A stretch of 48,757 nt of DNA from a bacterium (GTDB lineage Bacteria; Patescibacteriota; Minisyncoccia; Minisyncoccales; RBG-13-42-11). Of this stretch, positions 10,357 to 24,626 are shown piece after piece. Made by a program: the position numbers and the translations under genes. Position 1 is the first letter of the stretch. Each line of letters opens with the position of its first letter. Where the stretch lies: positions 1 through 48,757 of the forward strand of contig JBDRGQ010000016.1 in NCBI GenBank assembly GCA_043817685.1. Reading direction: 5' to 3'. Below the pieces are notes generated by a model. The model ran no database searches. It was not told the DNA's origin and worked only from the letters and a program-made list of their open reading frames with translations.

Positions 10357-10428
10357 GCCGGCGTAGCTCAGTGGTAGAGCAGAGTCTTCATAAGGCTAAG
10401 GTCACAGGTTCGAACCCTGTCGCCGGCA
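10357..10428 (+). tRNA. tRNA with CAT anticodon (elongator Met; Ile2 not excluded)
   Basis: GCCGGCG/CGCCGGC acceptor stem, loop TTCATAA, T arm GGTTCGAACC. Confidence 0.9.
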
Positions 10429-10437
10429 TAATGGCTT

Positions 10438-10513
10438 GGACCCATGGTGTAGCCCGGTTTAACACGCCTCCCTGTCACGGAGGAGATCAGGGGTTCAAAT
10501 CCCCTTGGGTCCG
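10438..10513 (+). tRNA. tRNA-Asp(GTC)
   Basis: GGACCCA/TGGGTCC acceptor stem, CCTCC-CTGTCAC-GGAGG anticodon arm, discriminator G. Confidence 0.95.
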
Positions 10514-10548
10514 CAAACAATCTGCTTTTTTAAGGCAGTTTTGTTTTT
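10514..10548 (+). terminator. Intrinsic terminator after tRNA cluster
   Basis: CTGC...GCAG hairpin followed by TTTTGTTTTT. Confidence 0.55.
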
Positions 10549-10614
10549 GACATTTTTAACCATTATGTTATAAAAAATAGAAAATAGTTTTTTAAAATAA
10601 ATTATATTGGGAGG
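10547..10614 (+). promoter_or_regulatory. Promoter and SD of orphan pyrE-like cassette
   Basis: TTGACA-N16-TATAAA with TG extension; GGGAGG at 10609-10614. Confidence 0.65.
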
Positions 10615-10623
10615 ATAATTACA

Positions 10624-11313
10624 ATGTATTCGACTAGATATATGACTCAATTCCAGACAGACTTACTCAGTGATCTTTGTAGATTGGGAATAGTTGAAGT
10701 AGGGGAGTTTACTTTGAAACATCATGAAGTGGATATTAATGCTCTAAAATCTCCTTTCAAAATAAATCTAAAGATAAGAGATAAAGGGCCATTAATTCCA
10801 GATGCAGTAAGAGCAATTGCTGCAGAATTATATGCTTTACTTCAGTCGGTGGAACTTGTAAAAAAGATAAGGATAGATCGTATAGTCGGAGTTCCTAGTG
10901 GTGGAGATCCTTTTGCCAAAGAGCTTGCCATACTGACCAGAAAACCTTTACTTACGCTGGAAAGGAAAATCATTGCTGGGACAAGTAGAATGTCATGTAT
11001 TTCAAAGGGCGATTTTAATCCCGGAGAACATATTCTGCTTATTGAAGATGTTCTGACTAGGGGGTACAGTGGCGCAGAAGCGATAGTAATGCTTCAAAAG
11101 GCTGGTTTGGTGGTTCCTATTGTTTTTGCTGGTGTTGATAGAAATCAGGGAGGAGCAAGATATTTAAATAACCATTTTAATTGTGGCGTTCGGAGCGTCT
11201 TCTCCATATTTTCAGTCTTTGAACGACTTTTTGCTACAGGGTTGATGTCACAGGAAGAAATAGAAAAAAATATAGAGTACATCAATACTCAAAAGTGTGA
11301 TCCGTTAGGTTGA
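10624..11313 (+). CDS. Divergent orotate phosphoribosyltransferase-like protein
   Basis: GEFTLK...SPF, PRPP-binding loop LLIEDVLTRGYS, VDRNQGG. Confidence 0.75.
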   Translation: MYSTRYMTQFQTDLLSDLCRLGIVEVGEFTLKHHEVDINALKSPFKINLKIRDKGPLIPDAVRAIAAELYALLQSVELVKKIRIDRIVGVPSGGDPFAKELAILTRKPLLTLERKIIAGTSRMSCISKGDFNPGEHILLIEDVLTRGYSGAEAIVMLQKAGLVVPIVFAGVDRNQGGARYLNNHFNCGVRSVFSIFSVFERLFATGLMSQEEIEKNIEYINTQKCDPLG

Positions 11314-11330
11314 TCCCTGGCGGATTTTTA
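11300..11330 (+). terminator. Intrinsic terminator
   Basis: ATCCGTTAGG/CCTGGCGGAT hairpin plus TTTT. Confidence 0.65.
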
Positions 11331-11398
11331 TTTGAGTTTTCCCCAGTTTTTTATGTTTGATTTCAGCTTAATTTTAAGGTAAAATAAGGGTATAAGGT

Positions 11399-12420
11399 AT
11401 GGTAAAAATAGACTTAAATTTACTCAAAAAACAGGCTCAAAAAGAGATAGATTCTTCGGGAGATTTACAAAGTTTAAACCTTGTCTTTAAAAAATACTTA
11501 GGGAAGCAAGGAGAGCTTATTTTTGTTTTGAAGTCTTTGAGTAAGTTGCCAAAAGATAAAAGAGCCAAAGTGGGGCAAGAAGCTAATAAACTAAAGCAAT
11601 TTCTTTCTGTCCAAATGGATCAAAGACAAAAGGAGTTGAAAGACAAAATCCAAAAAGAAGCAGAAGAAAAAGAATGGATTGATATTACAGCTCCTGGGTA
11701 CAAAACTGCTATTGGCCATTTGCATCCGCTTACTCAGGTTAAAAGACAGATAATGGAAATTTTCCAGTTAATGGGATTTTCTGTTGTTGAGGGTCCTGAA
11801 ATGGAAACAGAATGGTACAACTTTGACGCTTTAAACATTCCTAAAAATCATCCAGCCAGAGATTTATGGGATACCTTCTATTTAAAGAACGGTTTACTTT
11901 TAAGAGCTCATACTTCTCCTGTGCAAATACGTTATATGGAGAAACACCAGCCACCCTTAAAGATTATTGCTCCAGGAAGGGTTTTCAGGCATGAAGCTAC
12001 AGATGCTTCCCATGAGAGTAACTTCCATCAACTTGAAGGTTTAATGATTGATAAAACGGTTTCTGTCGCTAACTTTAAAGCGATAATAGAAGAATTTTTC
12101 AGAAGATTTTTTAATAAACCAGTAAAAATAAGATTAATTCCCAGTTTCTTCCCTTTTGTTGAGCCTGGATTTCAGGTAGACATGAGTTGCCTTAATTGCG
12201 GAGGAAAGGGGTGTTCAAGTTGCAGACAAACAGGATGGTTGGAGATGATGGGAGCTGGCATGGTTCATCCCAACGTTTTGAAAGCGGGCGGTTTGGTTCC
12301 CAAGAACTGGCAGGGATTTGCTTTTGGAATGGGGATGGATAGGTTGGCCATGATGAAATACAAGATTACTGACATAAGACTGTCTTTTTCGGGAGACTTA
12401 AGATTTTTAAAACAATTCTA

Positions 12421-12421
<1 letters not shown>
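11399..12421 (+). CDS. pheS: Phenylalanine-tRNA ligase alpha subunit
   Basis: HPARDLWDTF, RAHTSPVQ, FFPFVEP, GFAFGMG. Confidence 0.97.
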
Positions 12422-16844
<4,423 letters not shown>

Positions 16845-16852
16845 AACATCAT

Positions 16853-16881
16853 TTGACATAAGGGCTTCTTTCTGTTAAATT
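16853..16881 (+). promoter_or_regulatory. Promoter of secE-nusG-rplK
   Basis: TTGACA-N17-TAAATT with TG extension. Confidence 0.6.
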
Positions 16882-16924
16882 TAAACAGACAGAGCCCCAG
16901 CGGGCTTTTTTAAAAAGATAATTT

Positions 16925-17125
16925 ATGAACATAGCTAATATCCCTTCAAAAATTATTTCTTATTTTAAGGAAGTAAGATTGGAGATGAAAAAAGTTAATT
17001 GGCCCAGCAGACAAGAAACCACAAAATACACGCTTATTGTTATAGGCGTATCTTTAGTGGTTGCTTTTTATTTGGGAGCTTTAGACCTTTTATACACCAC
17101 TTTATTAGATAAATTCGTAATTTAA
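16925..17125 (+). CDS. secE: Preprotein translocase subunit SecE
   Basis: EMKKVNWPSR plus TM helix; upstream of nusG. Confidence 0.96.
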   Translation: MNIANIPSKIISYFKEVRLEMKKVNWPSRQETTKYTLIVIGVSLVVAFYLGALDLLYTTLLDKFVI

Positions 17126-17126
17126 T

Positions 17127-17672
17127 ATGCCAAAGCAACAAATTACACAAGAAAGAAACTGGTATGTTTTACATACTTATTCGGGGTATGAGGATGCAGT
17201 AGCTAAGAATTTAAAACAGAGAATAGAGTCTTTGGGCATGGAAGATAAGATTTTTAACGTATTGGTGCCAAAAGAAAAAAAGATTAAAATAAAGAACGGA
17301 AAAAGAAAAGTGGTAGAAGAAAAGATTTATCCCGGATACGTTTTGGTGGAGATGATAGTGACAGACGATAGTTGGTACGTGGTTAGAAACACTCCTAATG
17401 TTACTGGATTCGTCGGAGCAGGAACCACGCCAGTGCCAGTTTCCTTGAATGAGATAGAGAGTTTGAAAAAGAGAATGGGAGAAGAAGAGCCACAGTTTAA
17501 GATAGAGGTTAAGGTGGGCGATTTGGTTAAAATAGTCGACGGGCCTTTCAAAGATTTTGATGGAAAGATTTCCGAGGTTGATCTTGACAGGGGAAAGGTA
17601 AAAGTTTTGGTCAACATGTTTGGTAGAGATACTCCCGTTGAGCTGGATTCTTTACAAATTAAAAAAGTTTAA
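17127..17672 (+). CDS. nusG: Transcription factor NusG
   Basis: [23 protein letters not shown] motif, FGRDTPVEL. Confidence 0.98.
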   Translation: MPKQQITQERNWYVLHTYSGYEDAVAKNLKQRIESLGMEDKIFNVLVPKEKKIKIKNGKRKVVEEKIYPGYVLVEMIVTDDSWYVVRNTPNVTGFVGAGTTPVPVSLNEIESLKKRMGEEEPQFKIEVKVGDLVKIVDGPFKDFDGKISEVDLDRGKVKVLVNMFGRDTPVELDSLQIKKV

Positions 17673-17676
17673 TATT

Positions 17677-18096
17677 ATGGCAAAAGTTAAATCAATAGTT
17701 AAAATTCAGCTTCCGTCAGGAAAAGCTACTCCCGCTCCTCCAGTAGGACCTGTTTTAGCTCAGCATCAGGTTAACATATCTGAATTTTGTCAAAAGTTTA
17801 ACGATGCTACAAAAGATAATCTAGGTCTCATAGTCCCAGTAGAGATAACCGTATATGAAGACAAGACTTACAGTTTTATTATAAAACAGCCACCTGCAGC
17901 AGTTTTATTGAAAAAAGCGGCTGGCATAGAAAAAGGGTCTGGAGAACCTAATAAGAAAAAAGTGGCAAAAATAACTAAAACCCAATTAAGGCAGATTGCA
18001 GAACAGAAAATGCCTGACTTGAATGCTAATGACATTGAAGCGGCGATGAAGATTATTGAAGGAACGGCAAAGAACATGGGAATTGATATTAAATAA
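17677..18096 (+). CDS. rplK: 50S ribosomal protein L11 (start moved to ATG 17677)
   Basis: [20 protein letters not shown]. Confidence 0.97.
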   Translation: MAKVKSIVKIQLPSGKATPAPPVGPVLAQHQVNISEFCQKFNDATKDNLGLIVPVEITVYEDKTYSFIIKQPPAAVLLKKAAGIEKGSGEPNKKKVAKITKTQLRQIAEQKMPDLNANDIEAAMKIIEGTAKNMGIDIK

Positions 18097-18106
18097 TTCT
18101 TTCTTT

Positions 18107-18946
18107 ATGTTAAAGAAAACTCTCATTATATATATCCCTGTCATCCACAAGGGTTTTTTAGATTTATTCGACAGGTTGAGGGACAAGGTTGGTGAAATAT
18201 ATATAATTGAAGAAAAATTACAGGAAGAATTGTCTGAGATAAAACCCAGCATCGCAGCCATTGATACTAAAAAAGCCAAAGATTTATTGGAGAAGATTGG
18301 GTTTGAAAACATATTTATTCTTTCTGAAAAAAACATAGAATCCCTTAAGGGAAAAGACATCCTGCTGGTTCAAGATGAATTGTCTAGGAATTTATATGAA
18401 AAATATTTGGCAGACGAGAAAGTCGTTTGGGAAAGCGTTTTTCTTCGCTGGGATAGAGAAAACGTGGTAGCTGAAATTCCAGCCGATATCATTCATAAAT
18501 CAGAAGACTCTTTTGATGTTGAGATGATGAAAGAGGCTTATCTGGAAGCTGAAAAAAGCAGTGATTGGTGGCGGCAGATAGGAGCAGTTTTAGTAAAAGA
18601 TAAAAAGATTATTGCTCGTTCTTATAATCAAGGCGTTCCGAACGACCACGCCCCTTATCAATTAGGTTCTTTGAGAGATTTTTTTAAAGCCGGCGAAAAA
18701 CAGGAACTTTCTCCGACGATTCATGCTGAACAAAAACTGATCGCGGAGGCGGCCAAAAACGGGTTAAAGCTAGAAGAAGGATCTCTTTATTTAACTCATT
18801 TTCCCTGTCCTCTTTGCTCAAAGCTTATTGTTTGGTCTGGTATTAAAAAGATATATTTTACAGAAGGAGCTTCTAATTTAGACGGTAAAAATACCATGGA
18901 ATTGGCTAGAGTTAAAATTATACACATTCCGCAAAAGCTTATATAA
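18107..18946 (+). CDS. dCMP deaminase-family protein with extra N-terminal domain (start moved to ATG 18107)
   Basis: HAE and PCPLC zinc motifs; IGAVLVKD; directly upstream of thyA. Confidence 0.85.
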   Translation: MLKKTLIIYIPVIHKGFLDLFDRLRDKVGEIYIIEEKLQEELSEIKPSIAAIDTKKAKDLLEKIGFENIFILSEKNIESLKGKDILLVQDELSRNLYEKYLADEKVVWESVFLRWDRENVVAEIPADIIHKSEDSFDVEMMKEAYLEAEKSSDWWRQIGAVLVKDKKIIARSYNQGVPNDHAPYQLGSLRDFFKAGEKQELSPTIHAEQKLIAEAAKNGLKLEEGSLYLTHFPCPLCSKLIVWSGIKKIYFTEGASNLDGKNTMELARVKIIHIPQKLI

Positions 18947-18956
18947 TAAGAATATT

Positions 18957-19778
18957 ATGCAGCAATATCTGGATTTATTAAAATATGTTTTGGAAAATGG
19001 AGAAAGGAAGAATGATCCTCAGGGAGTGGGGAATATTGCTGTCTGTGGTTACCAGATGCGCTTTAAAATGGAGGATGGTTATCCCTTGCTGACTACTAAA
19101 AAAATGCCTCTGAAATCAATTATCTACGAGCTTCTCTGGTTTTTGAAAGGGGATACTAATATTAAGTATCTACAGGACCACGGGGTGACTATTTGGGATG
19201 AGTGGGCTACGCCGGAAGCTACCGCAAAGTATGGATTGCCTCCTGGAGAGCTAGGGCCAATTTATGGTGAAAAATGGCGTCATTGGAAAAAGAGGGCAGA
19301 AGGAGAAATAGACCAAATAGCCAATGTGATTGAGGATATAAAAAGAAATCCAGATTCTAGAAGATTGGTGGTTACTTCCTGGGATCCGGAAGACGTTGAT
19401 AAAGTTTTTGTGGCTCCCTGCCATTGTTTCTTTAAGTTTTTCGTCGCTCAGGGGAAATTGTCCTTACATCTTTTCCAGAGAAGTTGCGACATCTTCTTGG
19501 GAGTTCCTTTTAACATCGCTTCTTATTCTTTGCTTTTAATGATGGTGGCTCAAGCCACGGGATTGAAAGCCCATGAGTTTATTCATACTTTGTCCGATGC
19601 TCATATATATTTGAACCACATAGAGCAGGCTAATCTCCAGCTGCTCCGGGAGCCGAGACCCTTGCCCAGGATTATTTTGAATCCTGAAATAAAAAACATC
19701 TTCGATTTTGATTACGAAGATTTCAAATTAGAGAATTATAATCCTCATCCCTCAATCAGGGCAGACATCGGCGTTTAA
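18957..19778 (+). CDS. thyA: Thymidylate synthase
   Basis: ELLWFL, IWDEW, SRR, PCH, QRSCD, PFNIASY, HIY. Confidence 0.97.
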   Translation: MQQYLDLLKYVLENGERKNDPQGVGNIAVCGYQMRFKMEDGYPLLTTKKMPLKSIIYELLWFLKGDTNIKYLQDHGVTIWDEWATPEATAKYGLPPGELGPIYGEKWRHWKKRAEGEIDQIANVIEDIKRNPDSRRLVVTSWDPEDVDKVFVAPCHCFFKFFVAQGKLSLHLFQRSCDIFLGVPFNIASYSLLLMMVAQATGLKAHEFIHTLSDAHIYLNHIEQANLQLLREPRPLPRIILNPEIKNIFDFDYEDFKLENYNPHPSIRADIGV

Positions 19779-20218
19779 CCGATAGGGAAGTTAACCAATT
19801 TTGCTTTTTTAGTTTTCTTGTTTAATTTTGGAGAGATTATGTGAAAATGAATGTGGCTGACCGAAGCTCCAGTATAATCTGTATCTCCGAATCTCATTGC
19901 CAATCCTCCTCCTTTTATTTTCCATTTTTTAATGGCCCATTTTGTTAGACAGCTTACGGATTCAAGGTCTGTTTTAGTTAGTTCGGAAAAGCTTTCTTTG
20001 TGTTTGTCTCCGAGGATTAGTAAATGGATCCTTGCATTTTTATAGGGCCAGGTGTCGTTGGTTAAAAACCAGCTATTCTTTCTTTTATAAATTGGTTTTC
20101 TGTGGTATTTAAAATTCTCTTTACAAAACGGACATTTGCCCGTTTTTGCTATCTTTTCAATCACCCTTTTGTACTCGCCCCTTCTGGCGTTTTTGATATT
20201 AACGAATTTCTTCTTCAT
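19775..20218 (-). CDS. HIT-family hydrolase
   Basis: [17 protein letters not shown] histidine triad. Confidence 0.85.
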   Translation of the reverse strand: MKKKFVNIKNARRGEYKRVIEKIAKTGKCPFCKENFKYHRKPIYKRKNSWFLTNDTWPYKNARIHLLILGDKHKESFSELTKTDLESVSCLTKWAIKKWKIKGGGLAMRFGDTDYTGASVSHIHFHIISPKLNKKTKKAKLVNFPIG

Positions 20219-20760
20219 CCGTTATTCTTGTTGTTTAGTTGGTTTAGAATGGCATCCAGATGTTTTTTCATAGTCTTTTCTATAATGTCTGTGGTTGAAG
20301 TCTTTTCGGCCTGCCTGGGAAGGACAAGAATGTCTTTCGAATAAGATTTTATGGTTTCAATTTGCTCCGGCGTGTAACTGTAATCCGTGGTCACGAAAAG
20401 GTCTGGTTCAATAACCTTGATTAATTCATATTGCCATTTACCTTTGTCGTCAATATCGTCAATCAGGGTAACGTAATCTACACAGTCCTGGTAGCTTAGC
20501 ATTTCCATTCTCTCTTCCTGGGGGATTACCGGCCTGAGTTCGTTTTTATATAGTTTTATCCCTCTGTCGCTGTCTGCTCCGACTATTAAAATATCTCCTT
20601 GATCTTTGGCTTTTATCAAGTATCTAAGGTGTCCTATATGGAGCATGTCCCATGATCCTACGGTACAGACAATTTTATGGCCCAAGATCCTGTGGGCGTC
20701 AATCATCTTTTTCAGTTCAAAATAATCTGTTATTATAATTTTTTTTTCTTGTTTTTCCAT
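20215..20760 (-). CDS. Cytidylyl/adenylyltransferase-family protein (RfaE/TagD-like)
   Basis: GSWDMLHIGH, LIVGADSD, RP...ER, STT motifs. Confidence 0.85.
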   Translation of the reverse strand: MEKQEKKIIITDYFELKKMIDAHRILGHKIVCTVGSWDMLHIGHLRYLIKAKDQGDILIVGADSDRGIKLYKNELRPVIPQEERMEMLSYQDCVDYVTLIDDIDDKGKWQYELIKVIEPDLFVTTDYSYTPEQIETIKSYSKDILVLPRQAEKTSTTDIIEKTMKKHLDAILNQLNNKNNG

Positions 20761-20783
20761 ACTCAATATAATATAATATCAAA

Positions 20784-21284
20784 ATGGAAGAAAAAAACAA
20801 GCCCATAGTTTCTATTATCGTGGCAATCGGAAGGAATAATGTAATTGGCATTAATAATGCTCTTCCTTGGGATCTGCCGGCCGATTTGGAACACTTCCGC
20901 AAACTGACCAAGGGAAAACCGGTTGTCATGGGCCAAAAGACGTTTGAATCAATAGGAAGACCTTTGCCTGACAGAACCAATGTTATTCTTACTTTGGACA
21001 AGAATTTTTCCCATAAAGGTTGCCTTGTTGCTTATTCTATAGATGAGGCTATGGAGAAGCTGAAAGATGTTAATGAAATTATGATCATCGGAGGCGTTTC
21101 AATATACAGGCAGTTTTTACCCTTAGCCAATAGAATGTACCTTACCTTGATTGACGGAGAGTTTGAAGGAGATGCCTTTTTCCCTGAATTTAATTGGTCA
21201 GAATGGAAAGAGGTGGAAAAAATTGAAAATAAACTAGACGAAAGAAATCCTTACAACTACACTTTTATTACTTTAGAAAGATGA
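20784..21284 (+). CDS. folA: Dihydrofolate reductase
   Basis: VIG...LPWDLPADLEHF, MGQKTFESIGRPLPDR, IIGG, GDAFFP. Confidence 0.97.
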   Translation: MEEKNKPIVSIIVAIGRNNVIGINNALPWDLPADLEHFRKLTKGKPVVMGQKTFESIGRPLPDRTNVILTLDKNFSHKGCLVAYSIDEAMEKLKDVNEIMIIGGVSIYRQFLPLANRMYLTLIDGEFEGDAFFPEFNWSEWKEVEKIENKLDERNPYNYTFITLER

Positions 21285-21889
21285 AAGAAAATGCAAAAGT
21301 TTTGGTTGTTGCCAGGGATATTATGTTCAAGGACGGTCACTGGGAAGGACTGAAAACCGAAAATTTAGACTACTATTTAGATTTAATCAGAAATAATTTC
21401 CAGTTCAGAAAAAGGAGGGAGGTAGAGACTGACCCTTCTTGGCAGCAGATAATTCCGTACATCCTCTTTAATTTTGAAGATAAATATTTTCTTTATCGTT
21501 ATCTGGAAAAAGCTGGTGAAAACAGGTTAAAAAAAGATTATCATCTGGGAGTAGCCGGCCACATTAATCTGATAGACGTAAAACCTGGCCAGGATATTAT
21601 TCAAACTGCAGCCCAGAGAGAATGGGAAGAAGAGATAGATTATAAAGGTAATTTAATTGAGAAGAAATTAATCGGTATATTGAACGACGAAAGAAGGGAA
21701 GTGGAGGCCGTTCATCTGGGCTTAATATACGTTTTTAAAGGAGATAATCCCAATATTTATGTTAAAGAAAAAGAGGTTTTAAAAGGAAAGATGGTAAGAC
21801 TGGGTGATTTGGGGGAATATATTGAAGGTATAAGTAATTGGGCTCAAATTATTTTTAAAGAATATTTAATCAAAAATGAAAGTATCTAA
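21281..21889 (+). CDS. NUDIX-family phosphoesterase
   Basis: QIIPY, AGHIN, REWEEEI Nudix box, VHLG. Confidence 0.8.
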   Translation: MKENAKVLVVARDIMFKDGHWEGLKTENLDYYLDLIRNNFQFRKRREVETDPSWQQIIPYILFNFEDKYFLYRYLEKAGENRLKKDYHLGVAGHINLIDVKPGQDIIQTAAQREWEEEIDYKGNLIEKKLIGILNDERREVEAVHLGLIYVFKGDNPNIYVKEKEVLKGKMVRLGDLGEYIEGISNWAQIIFKEYLIKNESI

Positions 21890-23147
21890 AACCGATCCTA
21901 AAATATATAATCTTGTTAAAAAGGAAATTAAGCGCCAAAAGGAAGGCTTGAGTCTTATTCCTTCTGAAAACACAGCTACAGTGGCTGTGTTAGAAGCTAT
22001 GGGCACTCCTTTAAGCAATAAATATTCAGAAGGTTATCCTTATAAAAGATACTACGGTGGGAATGAATATATAGACAAAATAGAAACCATAGCTATTGAA
22101 AGGGCTAAAAAACTGTTTAAAGCAGAGCATGCTAATGTCCAGCCTCATTCAGGATCTCAGGCTAACGCAGCCGTCTTTCTGGCTTTACTCAAATGTGGAG
22201 ATAGTGTATTAGGGATTGATTTGTCAGCTGGTGGCCATTTGACCCATGGATCTCCGGTTAATTTTTCTGGCAAAACATACAAGTTCTCATATTATGGAGT
22301 AGACCCTAAAACAGAAAAAATAGATTTGAAAGAAGTAGAAAAGATAGCTTTGAAATCAAAACCTAAATTAATAATCGTTAGCACTACTGCTTATTCAAGA
22401 ACTTTGGATTTCAAAAGATTCAGGAAAATAGCTGATAAAGTGGGAGCTTATTTAATGGCGGATATAGCTCATATAGCTGGTCTTGTTGTAACTGGAATGC
22501 ACCCTCATCCTTTTCCTTATTGCGATATCGTTACGACTACAACTCATAAAACCTTAAGAGGTCCCAGAGGAGGTTTAATACTTTCTAAAATAAAAGACAG
22601 AATAGATACTAAAGGAAAGACATTAGCCGAAAAAATAGATAAAGCGGTTTTCCCAGGTACTCAAGGAGGGCCTTTAGATCATGTAGTCGCGGCTAAAGCA
22701 GTTTGCTTTTTGGAAGCTATGAAAACGTCTTTTAAAGCTTATCAAAAACAGGTTGTTTTAAATGCTAAAGCAATGGCAGATGAATTTAAAAAAGAAGGGA
22801 TAAGAGTGGTAAGCGGGGGAACGGATAATCATTTAATGTTGTTAGACATATCATCTTTAAATTTAGAATCTAAAAAAGTGCAGGATGAACTTGATAAAGC
22901 AGGTATTTATGTTAATAGGAATGCCATTCCTTTTGATAAAAGGCCCCCCTTTAATCCTTCTGGAATAAGATTGGGTTCTCCTTCTATTACAACCCGAGGA
23001 TTGAAAGAAAAAGAATGCAGAGAAGTTGTTCGTATGATAGCAAAATTAATAAAGAATATGGGAGATAAAAAAGTATTTGTGGAAATCAAAAGAAAAGTTA
23101 AGAAAATTACGAAAAAATTCCCAATATATGAAGATTTTCGATGGTAA
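21876..23147 (+). CDS. glyA: Serine hydroxymethyltransferase
   Basis: NKYSEGYP, GGHLTHG, TTTTHKTLRGPRGG. Confidence 0.98.
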   Translation: MKVSKTDPKIYNLVKKEIKRQKEGLSLIPSENTATVAVLEAMGTPLSNKYSEGYPYKRYYGGNEYIDKIETIAIERAKKLFKAEHANVQPHSGSQANAAVFLALLKCGDSVLGIDLSAGGHLTHGSPVNFSGKTYKFSYYGVDPKTEKIDLKEVEKIALKSKPKLIIVSTTAYSRTLDFKRFRKIADKVGAYLMADIAHIAGLVVTGMHPHPFPYCDIVTTTTHKTLRGPRGGLILSKIKDRIDTKGKTLAEKIDKAVFPGTQGGPLDHVVAAKAVCFLEAMKTSFKAYQKQVVLNAKAMADEFKKEGIRVVSGGTDNHLMLLDISSLNLESKKVQDELDKAGIYVNRNAIPFDKRPPFNPSGIRLGSPSITTRGLKEKECREVVRMIAKLIKNMGDKKVFVEIKRKVKKITKKFPIYEDFRW

Positions 23148-23946
23148 AAAGGAGGCAGAAAAAATTGTTTCTAGGCTTAGGGATAAAATTAAGAAAGAGA
23201 AAATAAAGCCGAAACTAGCCGTAATCTGGGTGGGAGATAATAAATCTTCAAAAGTTTTTATCAAAAAAAAGAAAGAATTAGCCAAAAAGATAAAGGCAAA
23301 ATTGGCAGTTTTCCATTTCAAAGGCAATGCGAAAGAAAAAGATATTATTGCTAAAATAGACAGATTAAATAAAGATTTCTCTACTCACGGAATAATAATT
23401 CAATTACCTTTGCCCAAGAAAATTAATACAGAAAATATAATAAAAAGAGTTTCTCTCCAAAAAGACGTAGATGGATTTCATCCTAAAAATAGAGCATTGT
23501 TAAAAAAAGGAGAACCTTATTTTTATCCAGTTATTCCTTCAATCATTTATTCTATTCTCCAGAAGAATTCAAAAAGAAAAATAATAGCATTGGTTAATTC
23601 TGATATTTTTGGAAAAACCTTAAGAGATTTTTTAAATAGAAAGAATATAAATATAAGTTATTTTTCAAAGAAAAGCATTTTGCCCAATTTTAAAAAAACT
23701 GATGTTGTTATATCTATTAAAGGAATCCCAGGTTTAATTAGGGCTAACATGATTAAAAAGGGAGTGGTTTTAATAGACGGCGGAAATACTCTTTTAAATA
23801 AAAAAGTTGTTGGAGACGTAGATAGAAAAAGTGTAGGAAATAAACCATCATTCTTAACTCCTGTCCCAGGAGGACTTGGTCCGATAAGTGTCGCATTATT
23901 ATTTGATAATTTATACTTAGCCTTTAAAAAATATGGAAGTCGCTAA
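23128..23946 (+). CDS. folD: FolD methylene-THF dehydrogenase/cyclohydrolase (divergent; start moved to ATG 23128)
   Basis: HGIIIQLPLP, KDVDGFHP, VGDVD, TPVPGGLGP. Confidence 0.88.
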   Translation: MKIFDGKKEAEKIVSRLRDKIKKEKIKPKLAVIWVGDNKSSKVFIKKKKELAKKIKAKLAVFHFKGNAKEKDIIAKIDRLNKDFSTHGIIIQLPLPKKINTENIIKRVSLQKDVDGFHPKNRALLKKGEPYFYPVIPSIIYSILQKNSKRKIIALVNSDIFGKTLRDFLNRKNINISYFSKKSILPNFKKTDVVISIKGIPGLIRANMIKKGVVLIDGGNTLLNKKVVGDVDRKSVGNKPSFLTPVPGGLGPISVALLFDNLYLAFKKYGSR

Positions 23947-24625
23947 AATAATAGACCAAACATTTTTAAAGAAAGAAGCTACAGAAGAAGAGATTAAAAG
24001 AATAGCTCAACAGACAAAAGAATATGGATTCAGGGGTTTTTGTGTTTTCCCAAAATATACTAAAACGGCAAAAGAAGTTTTATCGGGGACTGATATTAAA
24101 GTCACCACCTTAATAGACGAACCTACAGGAGACGGTTCGCACCAAGAAAGGATGAAAGCCGTGAATATGGCTAAGGATAACGGGTCAGATGAAATAGATG
24201 TTGTGATGCAGATAGATAAATTTAAAAATGGAAAATATGACGAAGTATTGGCTGACTTGAAAGAAATATGCAAGGTTTTGCCGACAAAAGTAATAATAGG
24301 ATCAGGATATTTAACAGATGAAGAAATTAAAAAAGCTTCTCAGATTGTTAAAGAGTCCGGGGCAATATGCGTTAAAACAGCAACTATTTCAGACCCCTTA
24401 GACCATTCGGAATTAACAGAAAAAGCCAAGCATGTAAGGATAATGAGAGAATCAGCCCCGGGATTATTGGTAAAAGCAGCAGGTAGCATAAAGAAAATTG
24501 CTGACTTGGAAATGATGGTAGATGCTGGAGCAGATATAATTGGTACCAGCTCAGGAGTTGAAATAGTTAATGAGTCAAAAGGGTTAGAATTAAAACAGTC
24601 CAATGACGACAGAATAATAGAATAA
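23933..24625 (+). CDS. deoC: Deoxyribose-phosphate aldolase
   Basis: IDQTFLK, DEIDVV, VKTAT, VKAAG, IGTSSG. Confidence 0.85.
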   Translation: MEVAKIIDQTFLKKEATEEEIKRIAQQTKEYGFRGFCVFPKYTKTAKEVLSGTDIKVTTLIDEPTGDGSHQERMKAVNMAKDNGSDEIDVVMQIDKFKNGKYDEVLADLKEICKVLPTKVIIGSGYLTDEEIKKASQIVKESGAICVKTATISDPLDHSELTEKAKHVRIMRESAPGLLVKAAGSIKKIADLEMMVDAGADIIGTSSGVEIVNESKGLELKQSNDDRIIE

Positions 24626-24626
24626 C

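Noticed and set aside
10326-10550. 74-aa ORF in the track
   Set aside because: Overlaps three tRNA genes
10585-10598. boxA-like (G/C)TTTTTTAAAA tracts in leaders (also near 178, 16905, 39771)
   Set aside because: Low-complexity palindrome expected by chance in AT-rich DNA; does not match the GYTCTTTAA core
17620-18106. Long N-terminal extensions in the track for rplK, deaminase (also folD, MraZ-like, trmD)
   Set aside because: Artefacts of upstream alternative starts; downstream ATGs fit homolog starts or SD sites
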